Shown: piece after piece, positions 12,418 through 24,088 of the stretch
How positions within the stretch are numbered: the first letter of the stretch is position 1
How the letters are laid out: every line of letters begins with the position of its first letter
Source: Mobula hypostoma
Taxonomy: Eukaryota
NCBI RefSeq assembly: GCF_963921235.1
Contig: NC_086109.1
Span: forward strand, 36,334,001-36,398,000
Direction: 5' to 3'
DNA: 64,000 bases
Translations under genes and position numbers: made by a program
The notes under the pieces: generated by a model
Seen by the model: the letters and a program-made list of their open reading frames with translations, nothing else
What the model was told of the DNA's origin: nothing
Databases searched by the model: none

Positions 12418-15400
12418 TTTGTGCTGTTTAGATCTATGAATTTGTCAATTTAGTGAATATACTATTAAAGTTGTGTCATTCTACTTGATGTCTGTTTGTA
12501 AAAAGCATTGTGTTTAATGGCATTTTAGTAGCTTTTGTACAAAAAACAACCTGAACATCAACATTTCCAAAATCTTGGCTAACCCAAGTTCTATACCACT
12601 GTGGATTTATAAGATGTGTGCAGAATTTCAGAGAAGCAAAATCCCCAAAATTATTTGCTAGGCTTTCCAGCGTTTCCTTCAGTATGCAGTGATTTTTTAA
12701 AGTTTCATTAAAGTATCAATACTTCTTTACTGCATGCTGATATAAAAGATATGACCACTGTTTTTTTTAGAAGTGAGAGGTACAACACTGTTTTTAAAAG
12801 TGTATGTTGATTTATTTATGTTAATTTTGTCTTTTCTTACCTTCAGCTTTATAAACGTAAACCTAAACCTATTCATTAAACCTAAAGAATTCCTAGTTTA
12901 ACAGGAGATTTGCTTCTTCTTTCCTTTATGATAGAGAATTCTTTATAAGTCAGGGATTTGTTTTTATGTTTACTGTTATTTTATTTCATCTCCAGAATTT
13001 CATTTTTTTTTCCTTTTACTACCTTGTGATCTTTTTCAGCACAGGATTTGGATCAACAGCAAAAGGATTTACTGAACAGCTTTTTCAAAGCACAGCACAG
13101 ACATATTGGACACAGTGGCTGCATAAGCCCATGATTCAATGATATACCCCAAATAAAATTCAACAAATGCATTAGCTGATTATTTATTTCATTGATATTT
13201 GTGGGGTTTTACAAATAGGCTCTTATTTATACCTACTAAGTAAAATTGAGTAGGATTGAAAAGTATTTCGTTTGCTGTAAAGTGTTATAGGATATTGAGG
13301 ATGTGAAAGCCATAATATAAATGTAAACTCTTTTTTTTCATTAAAAATGCCTCTGGAACATTGATCCTTAAAGTTTTTCCAAACCTTCATTCTAATCTAA
13401 CCTCATTCTAACCTCTCACTCAAATTGTGTCATTTTTGTTCTCGCAAGTTAACCCAGCCACCAATATCAAACTGCCTGACAAGATTATTTTTCTATGTTT
13501 TCTTCTATATTTGGAATTTTCCACTCCTGCACCAGCATTGTTTTTGTTTTGTGTGTGGACATTGAAATCCTGAAATGAGAAGAGGCAATGCTGATAATAT
13601 TTAAGTGGTCAGGCAGCATCTGTACTGAGAGAATTAAACAGAGCAGGTCATTGAATTTCCAAAAGAATTGTTCTATAATCTCTATGAACATGACACTGTA
13701 CCACAATCAATTTCAATGTTTTAGCATTTCAAGTATTTATGTTTTTTCTCTCTCTCTCCCTCTCTTTGCCCTCCAAGTTCAAGAAGTTCTAAGTACATAT
13801 TATTATCAAAGTGTGTATTCTTTATACAACCATGAGATTAATCTCCTTACACACAGGCATGAAACAAAGAACCCCAAAAGAACCCATTAAAAACAAAAGA
13901 AGACCTCACTTAGTGTCCCAGTTGTTCCCACCCTCTTCCTTCAAAAATTATGGATTTTATTAATCACGTTGTTCCTCTACAAGTGATCTCCTGAGCACTT
14001 AGTAATAAGAAAGTCATTATTATTTCTCTCAGCAAAATTTCTGTGATTAATGCCAGCTTTTTGAAAATATAGTTTTATACTGCATGGATCACAGCTAACT
14101 TTTATGGCTATAACAAAACCTGTTTATTGGATCTCATAATATGCTTATTATTGATATATTTAAAATTATTTGCTTGAAGGCTAATATCTATATATTAATG
14201 CTTCTTAAAATAATTATTCAATCTACATTGCACCAAATTTATATTTGCATCGCTGTAATTGGTAATCTGAATGATACCCCAAATAGGTATAAGAAAAATG
14301 ATTATGAGTTGCAAAAAGGAGATTATTGTTATTATATTTAGAGCAAATAAAGTCAGTTAAAAATGTGATGTTGGAGGAGAAGTTCAACCAGGCATTTAAT
14401 TAGAAAATTAATTCTATTATATATGTATAACATTAGTTCAATATTAGTAGCAGCATAGCATAGAGAGTAATGGAACTGAAAAGCAAAACAAAAAGGTGTA
14501 AAATATCTGAAAATACCTCTCAAACTCATGAGATTTAAGCTTAAAATATATTGAGTTAAAACATGTATATATCTAGTAGGACAACCACAATGTTAAGATG
14601 TAGGTGGATAAATGCCATCAACGCCATACATAACTGCCAGCATCCCCAAGTATCAGCAAACTGAAGATTTTTGTATACAGGTGTGAACATAGAACTCCTG
14701 AACTTAGTAACTGCAGATCACTCATGCAGCTTTGACTATGACCTGTTGCTGAAGACCTTAGTTTCAGTAATTTGGAACCAGATGGAAATCCACTAGAAAG
14801 GCCTGTACCAATTTGGATATTCCTTGATTGTGATGGATGGTTGTGGTACTGAAGTATTATTTTAATCTTTATAATTAATTCCAGCTTGCTAAAGTATGCT
14901 TAAGTGTTTCAAGCATTTAATTTTGATGTTTTCAATATTCTATAATAGTTTGTGTGTTGGTTAGTAAATACTGAACATTTCATAGTTTCAGCAGCTAGCT
15001 GAGTTGGAGATGACTTAGCTAAGATAACGATGAAAAAAATTTACTTCAGTTTTCTGAAATGAATAGTTGTACCCTCAATGCCTTTTCAAGAATGTAATTT
15101 ATTCTTCATAAGATCTTGGCAGAACACAGAGCCTTTGTGTTGACAATGGAGCATACTTCATTAAGTTCACAGTGGAGGTCAAAGTTTTAAGTTCAAAGCT
15201 TTTTTTTTTCGATTTGTGCATGCGAATTCCTGGGCCATGATGCCAAGTGTCATAAGGAAAACAAGGAATGTAGAGGTAACTCACTACTAAGTATCTCGGT
15301 CATTTTATTTTATTTCAGCTTTATAGTAACTACAAAATTTTGTAACTGACAGTTTCTGTGTATTCTGCTTTTCCCTTCTGTCCCCATTCACCACCTTCTA

Positions 15401-16019
15401 CTTATATCACTGCCAGACAAATCAGTGTCCTGCATCTTCTCTTGGCTGTCACAATCGCTACTTGTATCTCCTGGGTATTTCACCCAGCCACAAACATTAT
15501 TTCTCCTCTCTCCACCACTCCCCATTACATGCAACATTTTATTTCTGTATTTTAATTATGTTGAACATTCTTCGACCTAAATCATTAGCTACCTCTATTA
15601 GCTGCTTTTCAATTTCTGGTATAATGCTTTATAATAGCATACAGTAGGATACTTCAAATACTGTTTCATCAATGATAAATCACCGGCAATTATTTAGAAG
15701 CATCAGTTAGAGAGTTCAGTCATTATGCAAACCTCAATTGCCATCTATAATCATTCGTCTATTTATTTTGGAAATCCACATTATTTTAAGGTCAAAATCA
15801 AATGTGTTTCTTTGAAATGTTGGAAAATTTCTGATGAAGAATGAAAGGAAAGATAAAGATCATAAGAAATGACTAGATGGAAATGAACCCAAGTTGTTGG
15901 ATAGCTTATCCACTATACATGCACAATGAACTTTAGCTTCTTCTGGGTAAACACTGGAAGACTAAAATTGCATTTGACAGACCTCTTGTCGTGTCTGCAC
16001 ACTGCCCATTGATTCTAAC

Positions 16020-16520
16020 CCATCATAAGCCATTGTCTCAGATTGTGTCAAACTGTGTGACCTTGGGATCCATTTTCACTCTGACCTGTATAACTATCCC
16101 ACATCCTTTCCATCACTGAAAGTTCTGACTTCCACTTTTCGTAATGTGACCACTTCTGCCTCTTGCACAGCACATCTGCTTCTTATTCATGCCTTCTTAT
16201 TTCCAATGTTTTGGATGCTCCGTGTATCCATTTTCCATAAATACTAATAGCCTAACCCATACCATTCACTCACTACTCTCGTACTTGCTAATCTTCATCC
16301 TACCCATCTCTCCATGCCTCAAATTTAAAATACTCACACTCATGTTTCAATCCCTTTATGGAACCAACTTACTCGATCTTTGCAATATCCCAAAGTCTTA
16401 AAAACATCTCTTTTTTGATGCAGACAGCCTGTAATGTTTGTTTTGGAGTGCCAGGATCCACTTTTAATCTACCCTTAAATTGTTCCTATCCCTTTGGCCA
16501 AACTATTATTTCCCTTCCAA
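16020..16520 (+). mobile_element. Ancient L2 LINE fragment
   Basis: Decayed ..LGSIF..PHILSITESSDFHFRN.. and CLKFKILTLMFQSLYG, matching the L2 RT C-terminal pattern. Confidence 0.55.
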
Positions 16521-16844
16521 CAATTTCTTCTCAGATTTTGTATTCTTGACTGAATATAGAGTATTTTCCATTCTTGACTGAATATATAGTATTTTCCATG
16601 CAGCACATATTTCTTTTTGATAATAATAGTTAGGGTAAATTGATGTTGATGTTGATATTAAAACAGTACACCGATTGAAATAACTGTTTGTCTCTCCATT
16701 AACCTTAAGAATGAGGTGGTAGCTTTTGAAATTGTCAATCAAAATTACAGACTTAACAAAGACACCCACTGCACTGAGTTAACTGAATGCAGTGTATCAA
16801 TTTAACATCTTAACAATGATTGAGCTTAAATAAAATAAATGTGA

Positions 16845-17140
16845 TTTCAGATTCAGATTCATTTTATTTTTCACATATACATTGAAACATAACAACCAGC
16901 ATAACCTCTGGATGTGCTGTGGCAGCCCATGAGTTTGCCATACATTCCAGAGTTAACATAGCATGTCTACAATGCTCACTAGAACAACACCGAACAAAAT
17001 GAGCAACAAAACAACAACAGCAAAGAAAAGTCTTGTTCCTCCCACCAACACACCCGCCCACCCGCATGCATACACAGTCCTCTAACTCCAGGACAGGCTG
17101 TCTCCGGTCTCCAGGGATCCTGCAGATTTGCAGACAGTGG
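16845..17140 (-). repeat. Unclassified interspersed repeat with (TGAATC)n 3' tail, probable LINE-mobilised element
   Basis: TTCAGATTCAGATTCATTTTATT on +; similar architecture at 33047-33625 and 38510-38750. Confidence 0.45.
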
Positions 17141-17486
17141 ATGTGATTTTGCATTATTTTTCATTTTAATTCAAATTGATTTCATATTTTTGCCTTCTAG
17201 GTTATTATATGCTGCAAATAAAGTGAGTATTATTAACTGTTTCTAAAATATTTCATATGTGTTCAGTATGAGCATTTTGTACTGCAGGATACCCTCTTCA
17301 AATAATTAATCATGCTGATTTAGATAGGGGTACTCCTGACCCAAATAGCATCCCATAAAATCCTGTACGTTTCCAGTATAACCCAGCCTATCTCATCCTA
17401 CTTACCAGAGATTTCAAACTCCTCAAGACCATGAACCCTGACAAAATAGTTCCAGACTTAACAATAAACTTGCGCAGTACCTGACA

Positions 17487-18045
17487 GTACATTCATCGCC
17501 ACATCATTAAGTACTTCCTGTAACTCATATAGGGACCGCTGAGTGTATGTTGGCTGTCTTCTGGTGCTGCAGCCCATCCACTTTAAGGTTTGAGGTTCTG
17601 TACATTCAGAGGTGCTCTTCTGCACATTGCTGCTATATCACATGGTTATTTGAGGTACTGGTCACCTTCCTGTCAGCTTGACCAGTCTGGACATTCTTCT
17701 TCGACCTCCCTCATTAACAGGGCACAGCAATGCCTCTCACTAGAGGTTTCTTTTTTTGATTTTCACACCATTCTCTGTAAACTCTAGAGATTGTAGTGCA
17801 TGAATCCCCCAGGTAATCAGCAGTTTCTGGGATACTCAAACCACCCCATCTGCCACAAACAATGTTTCCACAGTCAGAATTATTTACATCATATTTCTTT
17901 ACCATTCTGATGTTTGATCTCAACAACAATTCAACCTCTTGAACGTGGCTGTATGCTTTATACATTCAGTTGCTCCCACATGATTGGCTGATTAAATATT
18001 TGGATTATCAAGCAGGTGTACCTAATAAAGTAGCCACCGAATATA
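17487..18045 (-). mobile_element. Non-autonomous Tc1-like element
   Basis: Minus ORF NSDCGNIVCGRWGGLSIPETADYLGDSCTTISRVYREW (Tc1 HTH); TIR GTGTACCTAATAAAGTAGCCACCGAATATA. Confidence 0.8.
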
Positions 18046-18883
18046 TATTTTGGACAAACCTTGCTCTAATCCAGTTATTTAAATTTGTGTTATTAATACC
18101 ACTGGAAGTAGATCTGCGTGTATGCCAACTTAATGTATTTCCTTACCAAGATTCAGAATGCAAGCTAAGTGTTTCCTTCAAGCAGATCATTTAGTTTGCA
18201 TTCATTTATGATCCTAAACATCTGTCTTTTTTTACAATTAATTATAATTACTTTCATTCATTAAGTAACCACAAAATTCTTTCTACTTAAAGTTGCCTAT
18301 TGTTCATAATTAATATTTAAATAACTGCAACTTCTTTAATTACCAGCACAGTTGTGTAATTCAAATGAAAGGGCCTCTTAAATTTCTCAAATAATCCCTA
18401 TGGTAACCATTAGTATAATTAGTCATTACTCAAAATCATATTAAAATCTGACAAACACATTCTTATTTGACGTATCCCACCGACAGCAAAATGAGCCAAT
18501 CTGATTTTTTTCCCAATATACTTGCTTAATTTTACACCAAATTTCTCTTGCTTCAAGGAATTTCCTTTTGAAATTAATCTCTGAACTTCAGAAAAGTCTT
18601 CCTCTTCACATGTAAATTATATATTTCTAGGACAAAATCCCACTGCTTTCACCTTGTCTCAATGAAATATGAATAATACTGGTGATTATAGTTCTACCTG
18701 TAGTTTAAATGAAACGTTTTAACTCCTTTGTTCAGTGATAGAATAGCATTCGTTTGAATGGTTGATTATCAATTCCCTTTTCCCTTGAAATTTGCAATTG
18801 TGAAAGATTGATATGATACTCTCAATATGATACAACCATCCGAGCAACACTGAAAATCAGTTGCAATTCAGTGAAATCACATA

Positions 18884-19345
18884 TACTCAGTGGCCACTTT
18901 ATTAGGTACACCTGTACACCTCCTCGCTAATGCAGATATTCAATAAACCTATCATGTGGCAGCAACTCAATGTCAAAGGCATGCAGATATGGTCAAGGGT
19001 TTCAGCTGTTGTTCTAAGTGATCTAAGTGATTTACACCGTGGACTGATTGCTGGTGCCAGATGGGGTGGTTTGAGTACCTCAGAAACCACTGATCTCTTA
19101 AGATTTTCATGCATGACAGCCTCTAGAGTTTACAGAGAACTGTGTAAAAATCACTTTGTTAATGAGGGAGGTCAGAGAAGAATAGTCAGACTGGTTCAAG
19201 CTGACAAGTAATGACGGGTTAAGACAGTAGTGTGCAGAAGAGCATCTTTGAGCATAAAACACATCAAATCTTGAAATGGATAGGCTACAGCAGTAGAAGA
19301 CCACACCATGTCTCACTCCTGTATCAGATAAAGTGGCTACTTATC
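18884..19345 (+). mobile_element. Non-autonomous Tc1-like element
   Basis: TIR TACTCAGTGGCCACTTTATTAGGTAC with decayed partner GTATCAGATAAAGTGGCTACT; DLSDLHRGLIAGARWGGLSTSETTDLLRFS..SRVYRE. Confidence 0.82.
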
Positions 19346-19605
19346 ACATATGCCAGTTAATTTTCTCTTTGAGTCTGTAGAGCCTGGTAATATTGATCTG
19401 TTACAAATATGAATGTTCAAGAACAGGCGTTTATGCAGGGTAATGAATAGAAATGAAACCTTCTTATGAAGGTTCTTATGAAGTTCTTATGAAGTTCTGT
19501 AAGTGAGCAAAAATATAGTATTCTGACTGGGTAAAATGAGGCTAAATACATCATGTCTGATCAAAATGATCCTCAGTCTTTCATGGATCTGTTCATTTTG
19601 GATTT

Positions 19606-20901
19606 ATGTCGTCGGTGGTGGGGAAACTGCTGGAGTCAGTTATCAAAGATGTGATAATAGCACATTTGGAAAGCGGTGAAATCATCGGACAAAGTCAGCA
19701 TGGATTTGTGAAAGGAAAATCATGTCTGATGAATCTCATAGAATTTTTTGAGGGTGTAACTAGTAGAGTGGATAGGGGAGAACCAGTGGATGTGGTATAT
19801 TTGGATTTTCAAAAGGCTTTTGACAAGGTCCCACACAGGAGATTAGTGTGCAAACTTAAAGCACACGTTATTGGGGGTAAGGTATTGATGTGGATAGAGA
19901 ATTGGTTAGCAGACAGGAAGCAAAGAGTGGGAATAAACGGGACCTTTTCAGAATGGCAGGCAGTGACTAGTGGGGTACCGCAAGGCTCAGTGCTGGGACC
20001 CCAGTTGTTTACAATATATATTAATGACTTGGATGAGGGAATTAAATGCAGCATCTCCAAGTTTGCGGATGACATGAAGCAGGGCAGCAGTGTTAGCTGT
20101 GAGGAGGATGCTAAGAGGATGCAGGGTGACTTGGATAGGTTGAGTGAGTGGGCTAATCCATGGCAGATGCAATTTAATGTGGATAAATGTGAAGTTATCC
20201 ACTTTGGTGGCAAAAATAGGAAAAGAGATTATTATCTGAATGGTGGCCGATTAGGAAAAGGGGAGGTGCAACGAGACCTGGGTGTCATTATACACCAGTC
20301 ATTGAAAGTGGGCATGCAGGTACAGCAGGCGGTGAAAAAGGCAAATGGTATGCTGGCATTTATAGCGAGAGGACTCGAGTACAGGAGCAGGGAGGTACTA
20401 CTGCAGATGTACAAGGCCTTGGTGAGACCACACCTGGAGTATTGTATGCAGTTTTGGTCCCCTAATCTGAGGAAAGACATCCTTGCCATAGAGGGAGTAC
20501 AAAGAAGGTTCACCAGATTGATTCCTGGGATGGCAGGACTTTCATATGAAGAAAGACTGGATGAACTGGGCTTGTACTCGTTGGAATTTAGAAGATTGAG
20601 GGGGGATCTGATTGAAACGTATAAGATCCTAAAGGGGTTGGACAGGCTAGATGCAGGAAGATTGTTCCCAATGTTGGGGAAGTCCAGAACGAGGGGTCAC
20701 AGTTTGAGGATAGAGGGGAAGCCTTTTAGGACCGAAATTAGGAAAAACGTCTTCACACAGAGAGTGGGGAATCTGTGGAATTCTCTGCCACAGGAAACAG
20801 TTGAGGCCAGTTCATTGGCTATATTTAAGAGGGAGTTAGATATGGCCCTTGTGGCTACGGGGATCAGGGGGTATGGAGGGAAGGCTGGTGCAGGGTTCTG
20901 A
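19606..20901 (+). CDS. CR1 ORF2 reverse transcriptase, C-terminal 431 aa (no endonuclease)
   Basis: QHGFVKGKSCLMNL, VYLDFQKAFDKVPH, SGVPQGSVLGP, SKFADD, YKALVRPHLEYC, RTRGHS. Confidence 0.9.
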   Translation: MSSVVGKLLESVIKDVIIAHLESGEIIGQSQHGFVKGKSCLMNLIEFFEGVTSRVDRGEPVDVVYLDFQKAFDKVPHRRLVCKLKAHVIGGKVLMWIENWLADRKQRVGINGTFSEWQAVTSGVPQGSVLGPQLFTIYINDLDEGIKCSISKFADDMKQGSSVSCEEDAKRMQGDLDRLSEWANPWQMQFNVDKCEVIHFGGKNRKRDYYLNGGRLGKGEVQRDLGVIIHQSLKVGMQVQQAVKKANGMLAFIARGLEYRSREVLLQMYKALVRPHLEYCMQFWSPNLRKDILAIEGVQRRFTRLIPGMAGLSYEERLDELGLYSLEFRRLRGDLIETYKILKGLDRLDAGRLFPMLGKSRTRGHSLRIEGKPFRTEIRKNVFTQRVGNLWNSLPQETVEASSLAIFKRELDMALVATGIRGYGGKAGAGF

Positions 20902-21000
20902 ATTAGATGATCAGCCATGATCATAATAAATGGCAGTGCAGGCTCGAAGGGCCGAATGGCCTACTCCTGCACCTATTTTCTATGTTTCTATGTTTCTATG
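19606..21000 (+). mobile_element. Young 5'-truncated CR1 (HER1-like) LINE
   Basis: Uninterrupted RT ORF, 3' UTR GGGCCGAATGGCCTACTCCTGC, (TATGTTTC)n tail. Confidence 0.95.
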
Positions 21001-21299
21001 TGCATGCTCAGCTAAACGGGGATTTGACCTTCTGCTGCATCACCGGAATCACACTGAATCAAATGATGGAGCATTGCTATGTTGCAGAAAGGAGACAAAT
21101 CTATTTCCGTTCCAGTTCCTCAGCTTTACAAGGAGCTGCCAGGCATACAATCTAAATTTCAATGGGATTGACTTAACGTGGAAAAAGATAAGTATTTTTT
21201 AACATTTAATAATTTAACTAACTCATTTTAATTATTTAAGTCTGCTTCAATTGTTCTTAAAATATCTTTGATTGTCAGAGATATTGCATTCCATAATCC

Positions 21300-22210
21300 A
21301 GTCCTTCAAAACTAGAGACCAATTATATAGAAACTCAGAGAAGGATGAACAAAATGACACCTGGAAAAGGTAGACAGACAAATGAAGAAAAATAGGACAG
21401 ACTGAGCTAGTATTCACTGGAGTTTAGAAGAGTGAGATAAAACTTGATTGAAATCTATACATTCTTGCAGAGACTGTTATGGTTTTTAAAAATGACAAGG
21501 AAGCGCCGAAGATTCTTCAAGAAATGTTTAAACTTTAATTTGCAAAGTAAAGCTGAGACAGACAGTGGGCTAGCCTTTGAGTGCCCACCACTGAATGCCT
21601 GTCGATGTTTTCACACAGCATTCTTTATAGCACCCTTCTGGGTTAAAAGCATTAGCATATCTCTGTAAGTTTCAATGTAGCTAATAAATCAATTACTCTT
21701 ATCTCTCTTACTTGGCTACATCCGTTTTTTTCTCGAGGGGTTAAAAGTTCACAGGTTTCATTCAATGGTTACATTCCAAATACCATAGTAATCCCATGCA
21801 CTCAGTAACAGACACTTAATGCATAGTAAAGGCATGGTCAACATCTGAATAAACACTTAATGTGCAATAAAAGCACACTTAAAATAAACACTTAGAAAAC
21901 AGAGTTAAAATGTTTTCCAATAAGACTAGACCAGTGAATGTACAGAGTGTATTCCCTCATATGAGAGAATCTAAAACTAAGGAATACTTTAAAAATAAAG
22001 AGGTTATACATTTAAGACAGAGATCAGGTATTTTTCCTTCAAAGAGTTGTAAATGTTTTGAATTCTTATCCTCAAAATCCAGTGGATGAGGATGTTTGAA
22101 ATACAAATTTGATATTGCAATCAGATCAACTGCAATCCTTTTGAATGGTTGAAAAGGCTTGAAAGGCTAAGAGGCCCACTCCTGTTCTAAATTAATTAGT
22201 TCTTAGAATT
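21300..22210 (+). mobile_element. Old CR1 3' fragment split by an insertion at 21475-21922
   Basis: TATTCACTGGAGTTTAGAAGA..TTGATTGAAATCTATACATTCTT, continuing at 21927 to a CR1-type 3' UTR (GGCTTGAAAGGCTAAGAGGCCCACTCCTGTTC). Confidence 0.65.
21475..21922. mobile_element. Probable solo LTR
   Basis: 448-bp insertion in CR1 flanked by AGAC/AGAC; starts TGTTA, ends CAATA; internal AACACTTAA repeats. Confidence 0.5.
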
Positions 22211-22259
22211 CCAAGTTACAAGATTGATCATTTTTTGATCTGCAGTGCAGATATATGAG

Positions 22260-24000
22260 AATTGGTACATGCAAAAGACTGGGTTATTCAGACCCAAATA
22301 TTCAAGCATCCAGGAGATGTCATAATAAGCATACAAGCACAACAATTTAAAAATGCAGGCCTAATTTATTGTCATCAATTTGATTGCACAAATAAACCAC
22401 ACAAAATACTACACAGCAAGTCACAAAGATTTCTGGGCTCAGAATCCTTGGTCACTACTTGGTTGTTGCTGTCAGGTGAACTCACGCATGAAACCACTGT
22501 TGGGACGCAGGCACTGATCGTGATCCCGGTCCGTGTTGAAATCCAAAGAAAATTCAATAAACAGCCCAATATATCCTTAAGCTTCATAAGCACAGAGTAA
22601 CCACAAGACAGGCAAGCTCTTTTGTTCGCATGTGGTTTCTATCATTCAAACAACATATTATCACAGTGTTCAGCATACCCTCACTGTACACCCATGATCG
22701 TATAGCCAAATTTCCATCGAACTCAATATATAAGTTTGCTGATGACACAACAATTGTAGGCCGTATCTCGGGTAATGATGAGTTTGAGTACAGAGAGGAA
22801 ATTAAGAACCTGGTGGCATGGTGCGAAGACAATAACCTATCCCTCAATGTCAGCAAGACGAAGGAATTGGTTGTTTACTTCAGAAGGAGTAGCGGACCGC
22901 ATGACCCAAGTTACATCAGTGGTGTGCAAGTGGAACAGGTCAAAAGCTTTAAGTTTCTCGCGGTCAATATCATAAATTACCTGACTTGGTCCAACCAAGC
23001 AGAGCCCACTGCCAAGAAGGCCCACCAGCACCTTTACTTCCTGAGAAAACTAAAGAAATTTGGCCTGTGTCCTAAAACACTCACTAATTTTTATAGATGC
23101 ACTGTAGAAAGCATTCTTCCAGGGTGCATCACAACCTGGTATGGAAGTTGTCCTGTCTAAGACCGAAAGAAGCTGCAGAAGATCGTGAACATGGCGCAGC
23201 ACCTCACACAAACCAATCTTCCATCCTTGGACTCACTTTACACCGCATGATGTCGGAGCAGTGCTGCAAGATAATCAAGGACACAACCCACCCAGCCAAC
23301 ACACTTTTCGGCCCTCTTCCCTCCGGGAGAAGGCTCAGGAGCTTGAAGACTCGGACGGCCAGATTTGGGAACAATTTCTTTCCAACTGTGATAAGACTGC
23401 TGAATGGATCCTGACCCGGATCTGGGCCGTACACTCCAAATATCCGGACCTGCCTATCGTTTTTTTTTGCACTACCTTACTTTCCATTTTTCTATTTTCT
23501 ATTTATGATTTATAATTTAAATTTTTAATATTTACTATCGATTTGTAATTCAGGGAGCAGGAAACGCAGAATCAAGTATCGCTGTGATGATTGTATATTT
23601 TAGTATCAATTGTTTGGCGACAATAAAGTATAAAGTATAAAGAATCAATAGACACTCCAGTGGACACTCTTTGCTATCTTATTCACTCATGTCTGGACAC
23701 ACAACATTCCTTAGGCTTACAAAATACATTAAAGCAATATTTCCAACCCAGACAGAGTCCCAATGTTTACTCACTAACAGACGTTTAGTTACTAACAAAT
23801 GTACTGTATTTACTCTATCGACCTCACAAGCTACGAGATCAGGAAGAGTTAAATGGTCAGTGACCTGCCAGACATTCATTCAATGTTTTACAAAATCTAA
23901 TATGCTACAGGATATTTATTATAAGTCATAACACAGTTTGTCCAGGTCTTCCTCCAGTTTAAACAATGGCTTTTGATGAGTTTCCTTCTTCTCTATGATC
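22260..24000. repeat. Old unclassified repeat split by Rex1/Babar; homologous inverted copy at ~38030-38870
   Basis: CAGACCCAAATATTCAAG..ATAAGCATACAAGCA and CAAATAAACCACACAAAATACT..AAGTCACAAAGA match the reverse complement of 38750-38870 and 38450-38500. Confidence 0.6.
22677..23642 (+). mobile_element. Young Rex1/Babar-type LINE, 5'-truncated
   Basis: SLYTHDRIAKFPSNSIYKFADDTTIVG, WCEDNNLSLNVSKTKEL, FYRCTVESIL; CpG-rich; (TAAAGTA)n tail. Confidence 0.9.
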
Positions 24001-24008
24001 ATCTATAC

Positions 24009-24088
24009 CAGGGGTTCCCAGCCTAGGGTCCACAGACCCCATGGTTAATGGTAGGGGTCCATGACACAAATAAGGATGGGACCCACTG
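24009..24088. mobile_element. 80-bp hAT (Charlie-like) MITE
   Basis: CAGGGGTTCCCA..TGGGACCCACTG imperfect TIRs; flanks ATCTATAC/ACCTGTAT resemble a decayed 8-bp TSD. Confidence 0.65.

Noticed and set aside
13030..13140. Possible exon after a pyrimidine tract and CAG
   Set aside because: No convincing donor or protein similarity; resembles a decayed LINE 3' tail
16540..16600. ~28-bp tandem duplication (also 11-bp x3 at ~19460-19500) as CRISPR-like
   Set aside because: Adjacent repeats without spacers in eukaryotic DNA; simple slippage
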